Positions 29,667-39,567 of a stretch of 64,000 nt of DNA are shown piece after piece; the first letter of the stretch is position 1, and each line of letters starts with the position of its first letter. This stretch comes from Bacteroidia bacterium. Lineage in GTDB: Bacteria > Bacteroidota > Bacteroidia > UKL13-3. The DNA lies in assembly GCA_041665785.1 (NCBI GenBank), contig JBAYIE010000006.1:38021-102020 (forward strand), written 5' to 3'. The notes under the pieces are model-generated. The model made no database searches. It saw nothing but the letters and a program-made list of their open reading frames with translations, and was not told where the DNA came from. The translations under genes and the position numbers were made by a program.

Positions 29667-30428
29667 TTAAGGCGTATTCAAATGCAATACCATGCGTATA
29701 CTTCCTGAATTCTGAATGGAAGTATATCCTGCATCCAATGGATTTTCTAATCCTTTTGGCAACCGGTTCTCATCGAAACGGATCCATTCGCCGGCTTTGA
29801 TCCAATAGGTGCGGGGTGGAATTTCTGTTTCCGCAACAAATCCAACTGCTTTAAATCCCTGGCCTGTACTCCAGTCCTTATCAATATAGGTCATAACGTG
29901 AGCCGGATGGACTTCAGCAATAAAAAAAGCCAGTAGTTTGGCTAGTCCTCCGCGAATGGCCAAATCACCGGCCGTGGCAAAGCGTTCCCATTCATACGAC
30001 CGATAAGGCACCACTTTATTTTGCATAATCCGTGCTTTGCTAAAAGTGGCTACAGCGATCAGCTCTTCGCCTGCAAACATCCCGATTTTATAGTAAGCGC
30101 CTGTTGATCCCTGCAAATGATAGGTGTCTAAAAAAGCAGCAGCAATTGGTTTGTCAATACGCTTTACATGCATATTGCGGGCATGCAAACGACGGCTTAA
30201 ACCCAATAGGGAACGTAGACGCGCCTGCACAATTTCCTGCTTAACCAACCATTGATCTTCCCAGATATGCAATGCGTGCTGAGCCCCTTTACCAAACCGA
30301 AAAACAGTAACCCTTCCCGGTTTTGAAATACTGTGTAATTGTAGATGCAACGAAATTGGTAATGCTGATTCATCTACACCCAACTCACGGATAAAATCAA
30401 TAATTTCTTTTGAAAAATCGGATTTCAT
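29667..30428 (-). CDS. Hypothetical protein.
   Basis: 253-aa ORF with reasonable codon usage. No motif I can name confidently. Confidence 0.45.
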   Translation of the reverse strand: MKSDFSKEIIDFIRELGVDESALPISLHLQLHSISKPGRVTVFRFGKGAQHALHIWEDQWLVKQEIVQARLRSLLGLSRRLHARNMHVKRIDKPIAAAFLDTYHLQGSTGAYYKIGMFAGEELIAVATFSKARIMQNKVVPYRSYEWERFATAGDLAIRGGLAKLLAFFIAEVHPAHVMTYIDKDWSTGQGFKAVGFVAETEIPPRTYWIKAGEWIRFDENRLPKGLENPLDAGYTSIQNSGSIRMVLHLNTP

Positions 30429-30494
30429 TTACTGTTTGCGCACAAAAAAAGCATGACCGCAAAGATCATGCTTTCCTTGTTGTTTGACTAATCC

Positions 30495-31511
30495 TTACTG
30501 AATAGGAAATGCGATTTCAGTCAACCATTTTGAGGTATCTTTTTCCATACCCGGATCGGTCACATAAATTTCCATCGGCGCACCTGCGCTTTGCATGCCG
30601 TTTTTAGCCATGTATGCAAATGCTTCGTTGTAAACCGGACCGGTTTTGGTATAATCTCCATAGTATTTTACCACCAATGCCTTAGTAGCCGGCATTTCGT
30701 GACATTTCACATTGCCATCGTCTTTCATTTTGGCAGTTACAGGAACTGCTGCTTCCATATCGGTAGACACACTGTCGTAACTATAATAAATAGACACTGG
30801 TGATCCTGCATATTGTACGTTGGCCTTATGCATTGCCTCACCAATTGCTGCATACCAGGCGCCAAATTTAGCACTGGTCAGATCACTCAAATTTACTTTT
30901 TCACGAATGCCTGCTACCAAAGTAGCCGGTAACTGACGCTCTTCAAATTGACAACCGGCAATGGTTTCTGCTGCCAGTGGGGCTTTCTCTGATAACTCTT
31001 TCAAATTGGCTAATCCTTTTTCATAATCAGGCCCGATAAATTTATCCATCATCAACCCGAAAAATTTCGCAATCGGATTCATTCCCATATCCGAATCCAT
31101 GGTCCATGTTACTTTAACACCCTCGGTGGTAGCCTCAAAATTAAACTCAGCATAAGCCGGATCCATTCCTTCAAAATCCATTTGCGTTTTGATATGTGCA
31201 GGAGCATGTGATTCCACAATCGAAAGTTTGCCGTTTCCTACCTGATCATGCTTGCTTTTCCACTCGTAAAAGGCACCTGAACCTGCAGTTATATCGCTGT
31301 AAGTAATGGTCATTTCAGGGTCAATTTTATGCCATGGCGACCATTGTTCCCAGGCCTTTAATTCATTCACCAAGGCAAATACAGTTTCCGGAGTTGCCTT
31401 CATTTCAAGCGAACGCTCCACATGCACTTTACGGGGTAAAAAGAATGACACCACCAATAATAACAGTATTATTACCAGCAGTATGATTCCAATCTTTTTT
31501 AAAATTTTCAT
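30495..31511 (-). CDS. SRPBCC-domain (START/Bet v1-like) protein fused to a GyrI-like small-molecule-binding domain, N-terminally membrane anchored.
   Basis: N-terminal transmembrane helix, then ATPETVFALVNELKAWEQWSPW (SRPBCC). The C-terminal half resembles a GyrI-like effector-binding domain. Confidence 0.55.
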   Translation of the reverse strand: MKILKKIGIILLVIILLLLVVSFFLPRKVHVERSLEMKATPETVFALVNELKAWEQWSPWHKIDPEMTITYSDITAGSGAFYEWKSKHDQVGNGKLSIVESHAPAHIKTQMDFEGMDPAYAEFNFEATTEGVKVTWTMDSDMGMNPIAKFFGLMMDKFIGPDYEKGLANLKELSEKAPLAAETIAGCQFEERQLPATLVAGIREKVNLSDLTSAKFGAWYAAIGEAMHKANVQYAGSPVSIYYSYDSVSTDMEAAVPVTAKMKDDGNVKCHEMPATKALVVKYYGDYTKTGPVYNEAFAYMAKNGMQSAGAPMEIYVTDPGMEKDTSKWLTEIAFPIQ

Positions 31512-31549
31512 ATTTGTATAGGATTAGAAGGGTAAATTTAAAAATAAAA

Positions 31550-32572
31550 ATGTCAAAAACAATTAAAAACACTGCTACCGTTCAACACATTTTAATGCCG
31601 GTTATTTATATCTTTTTATGCTTAGTATTTGCATTCCTGTTGAACAGCGGCAGTTTAAATGAAGACGAAAAAAACCGGAGCGACTTTGAGGAACATTACC
31701 GTATTCATAGTTTACCATTACCGGCAAGTGTGAGTTTTGCAGGTGAGTCCATATCACTCGAAGATCCGGATAATCTCGAGCGGTATGATAAAGAATTACT
31801 GACCAATATATACTGGCAATCGCAAACCTTGTTGTTTATCAAAAGGGCACATAAATATTTTCCGGTTATCGAAAAAATTCTGCGTGAACAAAATATTCCC
31901 GACGACTTCAAATACCTCGCTGTAGCCGAAAGTGGATTGCAATATGCCGTGGTTTCACCATCTAACGCAACAGGAGTATGGCAATTTCTGGATGGAACAG
32001 GTAAACGCTATGGCTTAACAATCAATGAGGAAGTGGACGAACGTTATCATCTCGAAAAAGCGACCCTTGCTGCATGCGCCTATTTCAGAGAAGCTTACAA
32101 CGAATTTAACAGTTGGGCTCTCGTGGCTGCATCGTACAATATGGGAATTGTAGGAGTGCGAAAACAACTGGAAATGCAACAAACAAGTTCCTTTCACAAT
32201 TTGTACCTGAACAGCGAAACTTCCAGGTATTTATTTCGCATCATCGCATTAAAAAATATACTCAACAAACCGGAGCAATTTGGTTTTCATGTACCCGTAG
32301 CACAGCATTATAAAATGCCGGAAAGTATAGTTGTTCATGTAAATTCAAGCTTGCCTGATCTTGCTGTATTTGCCAATCAGAATAATTCGGGATACCGATG
32401 GTTAAAGCTCCTCAATCCATGGTTGCGCAAAAACACCCTGACCATAAAAGATGGCCGGGATTACTATATCCGTCTTCCCAAACAATCAAGTTTACTGAGT
32501 GGATTCAGAGATAAAATTGTAGGTGATACTATTGAGTTGGCGGCAACCAATTACAACCCAACTGTAAAATAA
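31550..32572 (+). CDS. Lytic transglycosylase (SLT domain) protein.
   Basis: YLAVAESGLQYAVVSPSNATGVWQFLDGTGKRYGL...VAASYNMG. SLT catalytic E-S motif. Confidence 0.7.
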   Translation: MSKTIKNTATVQHILMPVIYIFLCLVFAFLLNSGSLNEDEKNRSDFEEHYRIHSLPLPASVSFAGESISLEDPDNLERYDKELLTNIYWQSQTLLFIKRAHKYFPVIEKILREQNIPDDFKYLAVAESGLQYAVVSPSNATGVWQFLDGTGKRYGLTINEEVDERYHLEKATLAACAYFREAYNEFNSWALVAASYNMGIVGVRKQLEMQQTSSFHNLYLNSETSRYLFRIIALKNILNKPEQFGFHVPVAQHYKMPESIVVHVNSSLPDLAVFANQNNSGYRWLKLLNPWLRKNTLTIKDGRDYYIRLPKQSSLLSGFRDKIVGDTIELAATNYNPTVK

Positions 32573-32603
32573 AAGCACAGCAAAATTTTACGCTTGTATC
32601 AGG

Positions 32604-33179
32604 TTATTTATACAACCGATGTGCTTCGATGAATTCCTCTACTTTTTCAGGCACCAGATATTTGATGGATTTGCCGGCCTGTATGGTTTCGCGGATATAG
32701 GTGGATGAAATATTCAGCAAAGGAACTTCAAACACATGTATTGCGGGATGATTGGACAGCAATGGATTTTCATGATATCCTGCACGCCGGTAAACATATA
32801 CCTGATGTTCTTGCAGGATCTCTTCATAATTCTTCCACAAATGAAAAGTTTGCAGGTTATCGCCTCCGATGATCGGAAAAAAAGCATCTTCCGGAAATTG
32901 TGTGCGCAGAAACTTCAGGGTATTCGCTGTGTAAGATGGGCGCGTCATGGCAAACTCCACTTCACTCGCTGCAAAACGTGTATCGTGCCCGATGGCCAGG
33001 TTGATCATCTCAAGCCGCATGTTTTCATCTACCAATACATCGTTTTCTTTAAACGGATTTTGCGGCGAAAGCACAAACCAGATCTTATCCAATCCGCCAA
33101 ACTCAATGAAATAATTGGCAATGAGCAAATGCCCTGTATGAATCGGATTAAACGAACCAAAAAACAAACCGATCTTCAT
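32604..33179 (-). CDS. nadD: Nicotinate-nucleotide adenylyltransferase.
   Basis: MKIGLFFGSFNPIHTGHL (HxGH nucleotidyltransferase motif) and ISSTYIR. Confidence 0.85.
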   Translation of the reverse strand: MKIGLFFGSFNPIHTGHLLIANYFIEFGGLDKIWFVLSPQNPFKENDVLVDENMRLEMINLAIGHDTRFAASEVEFAMTRPSYTANTLKFLRTQFPEDAFFPIIGGDNLQTFHLWKNYEEILQEHQVYVYRRAGYHENPLLSNHPAIHVFEVPLLNISSTYIRETIQAGKSIKYLVPEKVEEFIEAHRLYK

Positions 33180-33736
33180 TTCAAAAATGCATTAACCAGA
33201 TGTTCCGCTTCGCTCAGCGCATCTTCGAGTATCACATTGTGAATTACCTTTTCGAATTTGTCTTCGTAAGCCAGTTCATGAATGGCTTTATCTATACGCA
33301 TACGCAAGGTTTCTTCAGTCTCGGTTGATCGGTATCGCAAACGTTCTTCCAGCACTTTTATACCCGGTGGTTTAACAAATATTACCAATGCTTTATCGCC
33401 GAAATACTGCTTAATGTTCAAGCCTCCTTCCACATCAACATCAAATATGACGGTCTTCCCCAGATTCCAGATCCGAACCACTTCCGACTTCAGCGTACCG
33501 TAATAATTCCCTCCGTATACTTCTTCGTATTCCAGAAACTCATCGCGGGCAATGCGTTCCTTAAATTCTTCTAACGTAAAAAAATAATAATCTTTGCCAT
33601 GCACTTCGCTGGGTCTTTTCGGACGTGTACAGGCACTTACAGAAAAAGCCAGACGCTCGTCGAGCGACAACAGATGCTTTACAATGGTGGTTTTACCCGA
33701 CCCCGACGGAGCACAAAATACGATTGCTTTACCCAA
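33176..33736 (-). CDS. gmk: Guanylate kinase.
   Basis: IVFCAPSGSGKTT P-loop. Overlaps nadD by 4 bp. Confidence 0.9.
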   Translation of the reverse strand: MGKAIVFCAPSGSGKTTIVKHLLSLDERLAFSVSACTRPKRPSEVHGKDYYFFTLEEFKERIARDEFLEYEEVYGGNYYGTLKSEVVRIWNLGKTVIFDVDVEGGLNIKQYFGDKALVIFVKPPGIKVLEERLRYRSTETEETLRMRIDKAIHELAYEDKFEKVIHNVILEDALSEAEHLVNAFLK

Positions 33737-33828
33737 AATTATGTGGTTGAATTGGGGTACGAATTACGGGGTCAACGAGCCGAATTACAAGCGATGAATG
33801 AGAACTTCGGAAATTTATTTAGAAATAA

Positions 33829-34262
33829 TTACGAATGACGAAGTACAAAGTACGAAGTAGCTAAGCCTGGAACTTGTCCTTAATTTAGATCTATCTCTTA
33901 CCAGAGGACTATCATAATTACGAATTACAAATTACGAAGTACGAAGTGGCTAAGCCTGGAACTTGCCCTTAATATAGATCTTTCTCTTATTAGAGGATTA
34001 TCATAATTACGAAGTACAGATTACGAAGTACGAAGTGGTTAAGCCTAGAACTTGTCCTTAATTTAGATCTTTCTCTTACCAGAGGATTATCATAATTACA
34101 TAATTACGAAGTACAGATTACGAAGTACGAAGTGGCTAAGCCTGGAACTTGTCCTTAATTTAGATCTTTCTCTTATCAGAGGATTATCACAATTACATAA
34201 TTACCAAGTACGATGTGGTCACATCCGGAAACTTGGTCTCATTTTCGATTTATCTCTTACAA
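33829..34262. repeat. Tandem direct repeat array: 4 good copies plus 1 degenerate copy of an ~85-98 bp unit containing TACGAAGTACGAAGTGGCTAAGCCTGGAACTTG.
   Basis: Units acgaagtacgaagtggctaagcctggaacttgtccttaatttagatctttctcttaccagaggattatcataattac repeat with a few substitutions. Sits between gmk and a four-helix-bundle gene. Confidence 0.8.
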
Positions 34263-34270
34263 ACTGAGAA

Positions 34271-34639
34271 TCACTGCTGTTTGTTTCTACTTTTTCGAAT
34301 GGATTGAATGGATTTTACAACAATTGCCAAAAACTCTTCATACGCTTTTGTAAGCTCAACGATTGAGGATTCTAATGCGGGAAACCTTGCTTTCAAAATG
34401 AAAAGAAAATGGATCGTTTCATCGGCTTCCTCCTCAACAATTTTATACTTATTAAGAAAATCAGCCTTAGATTTCGCTCTGCGTGTAGCCCGGAAATTGG
34501 AAGCAACAGAATTTGATGATCGCGTTATTTGCTTTACTATTTCATTATCTGATGTCCGGAAAGGGATATGATCCGTTAGCTCCATTACCTGCAATGCAAG
34601 GTTTCGGGTAAGGTCCATCCATTCATTTATGGTTCTCAC
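34271..34639 (-). CDS. Four-helix-bundle protein of the 23S rRNA intervening-sequence protein / Avd family.
   Basis: 122 aa, all-helical (EWMDLTRNLALQVMELTDHIP...SNSVASNFRATRRAKSKADFLNKYKIVEEEADETIHFLFILK). Closely resembles the TIGR02436-type four-helix-bundle proteins. Confidence 0.7.
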   Translation of the reverse strand: MRTINEWMDLTRNLALQVMELTDHIPFRTSDNEIVKQITRSSNSVASNFRATRRAKSKADFLNKYKIVEEEADETIHFLFILKARFPALESSIVELTKAYEEFLAIVVKSIQSIRKSRNKQQ

Positions 34640-34754
34640 AGGCTTTAATAAATTACTAAATAACCTGATTAACCCTACTCTTCAAAACGAATATTAGAGT
34701 TCCCGACTATCCATTCACAAATAACATAATTAACTGATTTCTTACTCTCGCAAC

Positions 34755-35130
34755 TCCACTTTCCACTTCGTAATTTGTACTTCGTAATTCCAAACCCTTC
34801 CCCGTGACCAAAAGGCCCTAACTTAGCACCCATTCATTAGCGGGCCCACTTCGTAATTGGTAATTGGGTTAGTAGTTATTTTGTTATTTAATTCAGGCAT
34901 TCTGGTAAGCCACTTCGTAATTTGTACTTCGTACTACTTAGTTCGTACTTCCATTCCCGTGACCAAAAGCCTCTAACCTTTGCACTCATCCACATGCGTA
35001 CCCACTTCGTACTTCGTAATCCGTCATTCGTACTTATATTCCCGTGACCAAAAGTCCCTAACTTAGCACCCATTCGTTAGCGAGCCCACTTCGTACTTCG
35101 TAATCTGTACTTCGTACTTTTTAATCCGTA
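34755..35130. repeat. Tandem repeat array of 3 copies: TTCCCGTGACCAAAAG(G/T)CCCTAACTTAGCACCCATTC(A/G)TTAGCG(G/A)GCCCACTTCGTA(A/C)TT. Shares the CTTCGTACTTCGTA motif in inverted orientation with the 33829..34262 array.
   Basis: Three copies keyed on cccgtgaccaaaag. taagccacttcgtaatttgtacttcgta is the reverse complement of tacgaagtacgaagtggcttag in the other array. Confidence 0.75.
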
Positions 35131-35133
35131 CTT

Positions 35134-36003
35134 CTAAATTACATTATTTATCTGTTCCTTAATCTTCTCCAACTCATCCTTCATCTCCACCACCCGTTGC
35201 TGAATTTTAAAATGATTGGCTTTAGAACCCATGGTATTGATTTCGCGGCCCATTTCCTGTGCAATAAATCCGAGCTTTTTACCCGATGATTTCATACGCA
35301 TGGTTTCCAGAAAATACTGGCAATGCTGGATCAGGCGTGTACGCTCTTCGGTTACATCAAACTTCTCAATATAGTAGAGCAGTTCCTGTTCGAAACGGTT
35401 TTTATCATAAGAAGCTTCGCTGATCTGTTGCAGCTCCTGATCAATTTTGGTGCGCAATGCATCGATACGTTCCGGTTCCAATACTTCTACTTCTTTCACA
35501 AGTTGGATAATTGCCTGAGTCATACGGTTCAGTTCATCCGACAACATCTCCCCTTCTTTGATTCTGAACTTTTCAAATTCTACAAAGGCTTTGTTCAACA
35601 CATCCATCAGTATTTTCATGTCCTCTTCGCGGTTCTCATCCACCGTTTGTTGAAACAGGTTGGGAAGACTCATGATGTTTTGTACAATATTTTCCGTTCC
35701 CAGGTTAAATTCCTTCACCACATTGGTCAATTCATTGAGGTAGTAACGGGCTACATCTTTGTTGAGCGGTAATACTTTGTCTTCGGCCAGTTTGAACACC
35801 ACATTTACGTTAACCTGACAAGATCCGCGTTCCACAAGGCGATTCAACTCCTTACGCACCTCGGTCTCCTTGTTTTGCCAACCTTTGGGAAGGCGCAGGT
35901 TCAGTTCCAGAAATTTGTTGTTCAGGGACTTGAATTCCACTTTAACGGCAAACCTTTCGGTTTCCAGTTCGGCTTGTCCAAAGCCGGTCATCGATCGTAG
36001 CAT
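35134..36003 (-). CDS. yicC: YicC family stress-induced protein (YicC/RNase AM family).
   Basis: MLRSMTGFGQAE...KSLNNKFLELNLRLP N-terminal signature, plus a C-terminal DUF1732-like helical region. Confidence 0.85.
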   Translation of the reverse strand: MLRSMTGFGQAELETERFAVKVEFKSLNNKFLELNLRLPKGWQNKETEVRKELNRLVERGSCQVNVNVVFKLAEDKVLPLNKDVARYYLNELTNVVKEFNLGTENIVQNIMSLPNLFQQTVDENREEDMKILMDVLNKAFVEFEKFRIKEGEMLSDELNRMTQAIIQLVKEVEVLEPERIDALRTKIDQELQQISEASYDKNRFEQELLYYIEKFDVTEERTRLIQHCQYFLETMRMKSSGKKLGFIAQEMGREINTMGSKANHFKIQQRVVEMKDELEKIKEQINNVI

Positions 36004-36083
36004 GTGTCAGTATTTTAAACAAATGTAGGGGAAAGGTCAGAATGTTTACCAGTAATTTCAGGCAAGAATGAAGCGGAAATTTT

Positions 36084-36644
36084 TCAAAACGCATACCCGA
36101 TCCGGATATTCAACAGAATATCGTATTTCAACAACCGGTCTCCATCCGGAAACAAGGTAGTTTTGCCGACGGATGAAGGCAATGCACCCGTTTCGCGAAT
36201 CAAGAGATAGTGCACATAGCCATACGAAAATTCAGCCAGAAAACCGGAACGCGTTACCAATTGGTAACCCATCTTTAACCCTATGCCAAATGCATTGTTG
36301 GTAAAGTTACTGCTGGCAATGGCTTCGTAATGATAATAGCGACTACGTGCCATGGCTCCAATAAAGGTACCGCCCAGTGGTTGTTTATGATCGGCAAAAT
36401 AATAGCGGTAACCCAAATCCGATTTCAGGATGAGGGGATAATCCGTCAGACCCTTCACGCGCATGGTCAACGTCCAGGATTGCTTTTCGTAAAAAGACTG
36501 CTCGTATTGGAGGGAGACATAATTGATCAGGTCGACAGAAATGGCATGGGTCAGGCTTTCACGACCGGCTGCCTCATCGGACTGTGCTATGGCTGTCCCG
36601 GCTAGTCCCGTCAGCAGTGTTAAAAAACAAACAACCGCTTTCAT
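36084..36644 (-). CDS. Outer-membrane beta-barrel (porin-family) protein, hypothetical.
   Basis: Signal peptide MKAVVCFLTLLTGLAGTAIAQ. Alternating hydrophobic beta-strand pattern ending in an aromatic residue (RIGYAF). Confidence 0.5.
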   Translation of the reverse strand: MKAVVCFLTLLTGLAGTAIAQSDEAAGRESLTHAISVDLINYVSLQYEQSFYEKQSWTLTMRVKGLTDYPLILKSDLGYRYYFADHKQPLGGTFIGAMARSRYYHYEAIASSNFTNNAFGIGLKMGYQLVTRSGFLAEFSYGYVHYLLIRETGALPSSVGKTTLFPDGDRLLKYDILLNIRIGYAF

Positions 36645-36794
36645 GCCATCAAAGATATACACAAAATATCGGAGAAAGGGAAAGAAATACAGGAAATAAA
36701 GTTTGCGGGGATGAGTGGTTTGGGATGAGGGTTTCGGTTAAATGAATTTCAATATTTTTTTTCGACAAGCAGAAATATTATGACAGGTAAACCT

Positions 36795-37700
36795 TCATGC
36801 AGTTTTTGTAATTGCAGCCCTTGAGGCTTTCCAATTCACCAAAAACACTCCCCCGAAAATAACGGCGATGTCGAGCACCTTCTCCAGCGTGAGCGCATCT
36901 TTGCCCAGAATGAGCGCAATAACCACGGCCATTACCGGTTGCAGATAAATATACGAACCTACAAGGGATGAAGTGGCATGACGCAGTGCATACGCATTCA
37001 ACACATAGGTCATAAACGTGGTACCTATGGTTACAAAAGCGATACTCCACCAAACGATGGGAGTAAAACTTTGCCAGTCGGTTTGCACAAAATCGGAAAT
37101 GCCAAAAGGCAATACCACAAAGAATCCGAAAAAGAAGGACCACAGGGTAACAGTTAAGGGGTGGTATTTGTGCATCAGCGATTTGGCATATACCAGGTAA
37201 AACGCATAGATGATGGCATTGAGCATGATAAAAACATCGCCCCATACCTTATCGCTATCAAAACGGAAGCGGGTACCGCCCATCAGCATCAGGGCACCGA
37301 ATGCAGCAATCAGAATTCCGAGGACTTTTTGTACAGAAAGTTTTTCTTTGAGCAAAAGTGCCGCAAATACCACGACAAAAATGGGTGTATTCAACATCAG
37401 CACAGCTCCATTAATAGGTGTAGTAATCGACAATCCCTTAAAGAATAAAAGCATATTGAAGGCTACACCAAACAAAGCACTGATGAACAATTTACGGTAG
37501 TCTTTGCGGTCGTGAATTTTTTGTTTTACCACTACCGCATGAAAAATAAAAATGCAAACCAACGCAACAGTAACCCGCATCAGAATAAAAGCGGAAGGCT
37601 GTACAAATTCCGGCATAACAATTTTGGCAATGGAAAAAGTGGCCGCATACAACAAAGCAACTACGAATAAGGCCAGATGTATTTTCAAGGTTCGGTTCAT
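36795..37700 (-). CDS. DMT family (EamA-like) transporter.
   Basis: Ten predicted transmembrane helices in two EamA-like halves. Confidence 0.75.
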   Translation of the reverse strand: MNRTLKIHLALFVVALLYAATFSIAKIVMPEFVQPSAFILMRVTVALVCIFIFHAVVVKQKIHDRKDYRKLFISALFGVAFNMLLFFKGLSITTPINGAVLMLNTPIFVVVFAALLLKEKLSVQKVLGILIAAFGALMLMGGTRFRFDSDKVWGDVFIMLNAIIYAFYLVYAKSLMHKYHPLTVTLWSFFFGFFVVLPFGISDFVQTDWQSFTPIVWWSIAFVTIGTTFMTYVLNAYALRHATSSLVGSYIYLQPVMAVVIALILGKDALTLEKVLDIAVIFGGVFLVNWKASRAAITKTA

Positions 37701-39085
37701 GCTTTATCAATCAATTGCGAAAATTTTTCCTGCTCTTCGGCCGGGAAATTAAATGCCCGCGATTCTTTGATAAAACGAATGGATAAAAAGATAGCCGAGA
37801 AAGTAAGTCCGAGCGATAAACCAAACCAGATTCCATATAACTCCCATCCCAATGCACTGGCCATCCACCAGCCCGCAGGTATGCCCACTACCCAATAGGC
37901 AATAATGGTGATCAAAGTTGGAATGCGCGTATCGGCCAAACCACGGAGAATACCCAGACTCACACATTGCACTCCATCGCTGAGCTGAAACAAGGCCGCA
38001 ATCAGCAGCAGGTTGGCAGCTAAATCCGATACCATAGGATCGGGCGTGTAAAAATAAACCAACATGCGGTTGGCCAAAGCAAACACAATGGCAGTAGCTG
38101 CCATAAACAATACACTCATGATAAGCGCTGCTCTGCCCGAAAACATCATGTCCTTTTTATTTTTTCGTCCCCATGCATCACCCACCACAATGGATCCACC
38201 TACCGAAAGTCCGGTGGCCACCATATAAGTAACCGATGCCAGATTGATAGCGATCTGATGTGCCGCTAACTGGTTCTTACCAAACCATCCAATCATAACA
38301 GCTGCAAAGGCAAATGCACCCACTTCAAAAAAGTATTGAAAACCAGATGGCACACCCACTTTAAAAATCAATTTCAACAATTGCAGGTTTCCGATCCGTT
38401 CTTTCACATGCAGAAACTGATGGTAGATCGGATTTCGTAAAACAAAGGCAATCATAACTACAGCCATCAGCAGTCGTGTGATCGAAGTAGCATAGCCGGC
38501 TCCGTTCAATCCATAGGCCGGAAAACCCAGTTTACCAAAAATCAAAATCCAGTTGAGCAATACATTGAGCAATAAACCGGCAATGGTAATCACCGCTGCA
38601 GGTTTGGTATACGAAAGTCCGTCGCTGAATTGCTTGGCTGCCATAAACAACAGCATAAAAACGGTTCCGGCATTCAGGATATGCAGGTAGGGTTTGGTAA
38701 GCTCCGTTACTTCTTCATCCTGACCAAGCCAATGCAGATTCAGAGTAAACATATAAAGCAGCAAACAAATGAAAAAACTCAGGATCAGGCTGGCCCAGAT
38801 TCCCTGACGAAAAAACAACGCTACTTCGTTTGTATGTCCACCACCGCGTGATTTTGCAACCAGCGGTGAAATGGCGGTAAGGGTTCCAATACCAAGGATG
38901 GTTACAAAAAAGAAAACGGAATTGGCCAGTCCGGCTGCAGCCAGGTTGGTGGCATCCAGACGCCCGATCATTACAATATCAGCTACACCCATCAATACGA
39001 TACCGATTTGTCCGATGATAATCGGATAACTCAGTCGCAGGATAGGACCAAAATAAGGCTGATATTTCTTAAAAATGTGGAACAC
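37697..39085 (-). CDS. MATE family efflux transporter.
   Basis: 12 transmembrane helices. N-terminal LRLSYPIIIGQIGIVLMGVADIVMIGRL is typical of NorM-like MATE proteins. Overlaps the EamA gene by 4 bp. Confidence 0.85.
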   Translation of the reverse strand: MFHIFKKYQPYFGPILRLSYPIIIGQIGIVLMGVADIVMIGRLDATNLAAAGLANSVFFFVTILGIGTLTAISPLVAKSRGGGHTNEVALFFRQGIWASLILSFFICLLLYMFTLNLHWLGQDEEVTELTKPYLHILNAGTVFMLLFMAAKQFSDGLSYTKPAAVITIAGLLLNVLLNWILIFGKLGFPAYGLNGAGYATSITRLLMAVVMIAFVLRNPIYHQFLHVKERIGNLQLLKLIFKVGVPSGFQYFFEVGAFAFAAVMIGWFGKNQLAAHQIAINLASVTYMVATGLSVGGSIVVGDAWGRKNKKDMMFSGRAALIMSVLFMAATAIVFALANRMLVYFYTPDPMVSDLAANLLLIAALFQLSDGVQCVSLGILRGLADTRIPTLITIIAYWVVGIPAGWWMASALGWELYGIWFGLSLGLTFSAIFLSIRFIKESRAFNFPAEEQEKFSQLIDKA

Positions 39086-39384
39086 GTTGTCGGAAAAAAG
39101 GGTTGCGAAAATACGATAATTTGTCGGGCCTCAAACAGAGAGAAGCGGAATTTTATTGCAAAAACTTTATTGTTAATCGCTGAAATAACAATCGTATAAA
39201 CATAGCTGTTTCGGTGGTTTGAATGCAGGTTTATAATGGTCATATTTTGCACATCTTTGCTGAGAATGGTTTCCTCATTGAATCATTTTTGATTGCCAGA
39301 CCTTCTTAAAAAAACCTATAAAACCATTAACAGTGGATCAGTTAATGAATAAAATCCGGGATAAAAAATTGCTATATTCGAATA

Positions 39385-39567
39385 ATGGACAAAGTTCTCA
39401 AAATAGTTAACCTCAAAGCAAAGCAATCAGACTATGCTTATTGGATAACGAAAGACATCCGGGAAAGACTTGAGGCCATTGAACTTTTGAGACAACAATA
39501 CATAAATTTCAGAAAGGATGTTCAACCAAGACTTCAAAGAGTTTGTAGAATTACTCATCAGAAATAA
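39385..39567 (+). CDS. Small hypothetical ORF overlapping the start of the next gene; part of an AT-rich cassette.
   Basis: 60 aa, overlaps the downstream ORF by 50 nt in another frame. Low GC. Uncertain whether it is real. Confidence 0.3.
   Translation: MDKVLKIVNLKAKQSDYAYWITKDIRERLEAIELLRQQYINFRKDVQPRLQRVCRITHQK

Noticed and set aside
33829-35130. CRISPR array or diversity-generating retroelement (Avd-like gene plus repeats)
   Set aside because: The units are 85-160 bp with no unique spacers. No reverse transcriptase and no template/variable-repeat pair (adenine-specific mismatches) are present. I interpret it instead as an IVS-like or Avd-like cassette with inverted repeat arrays.
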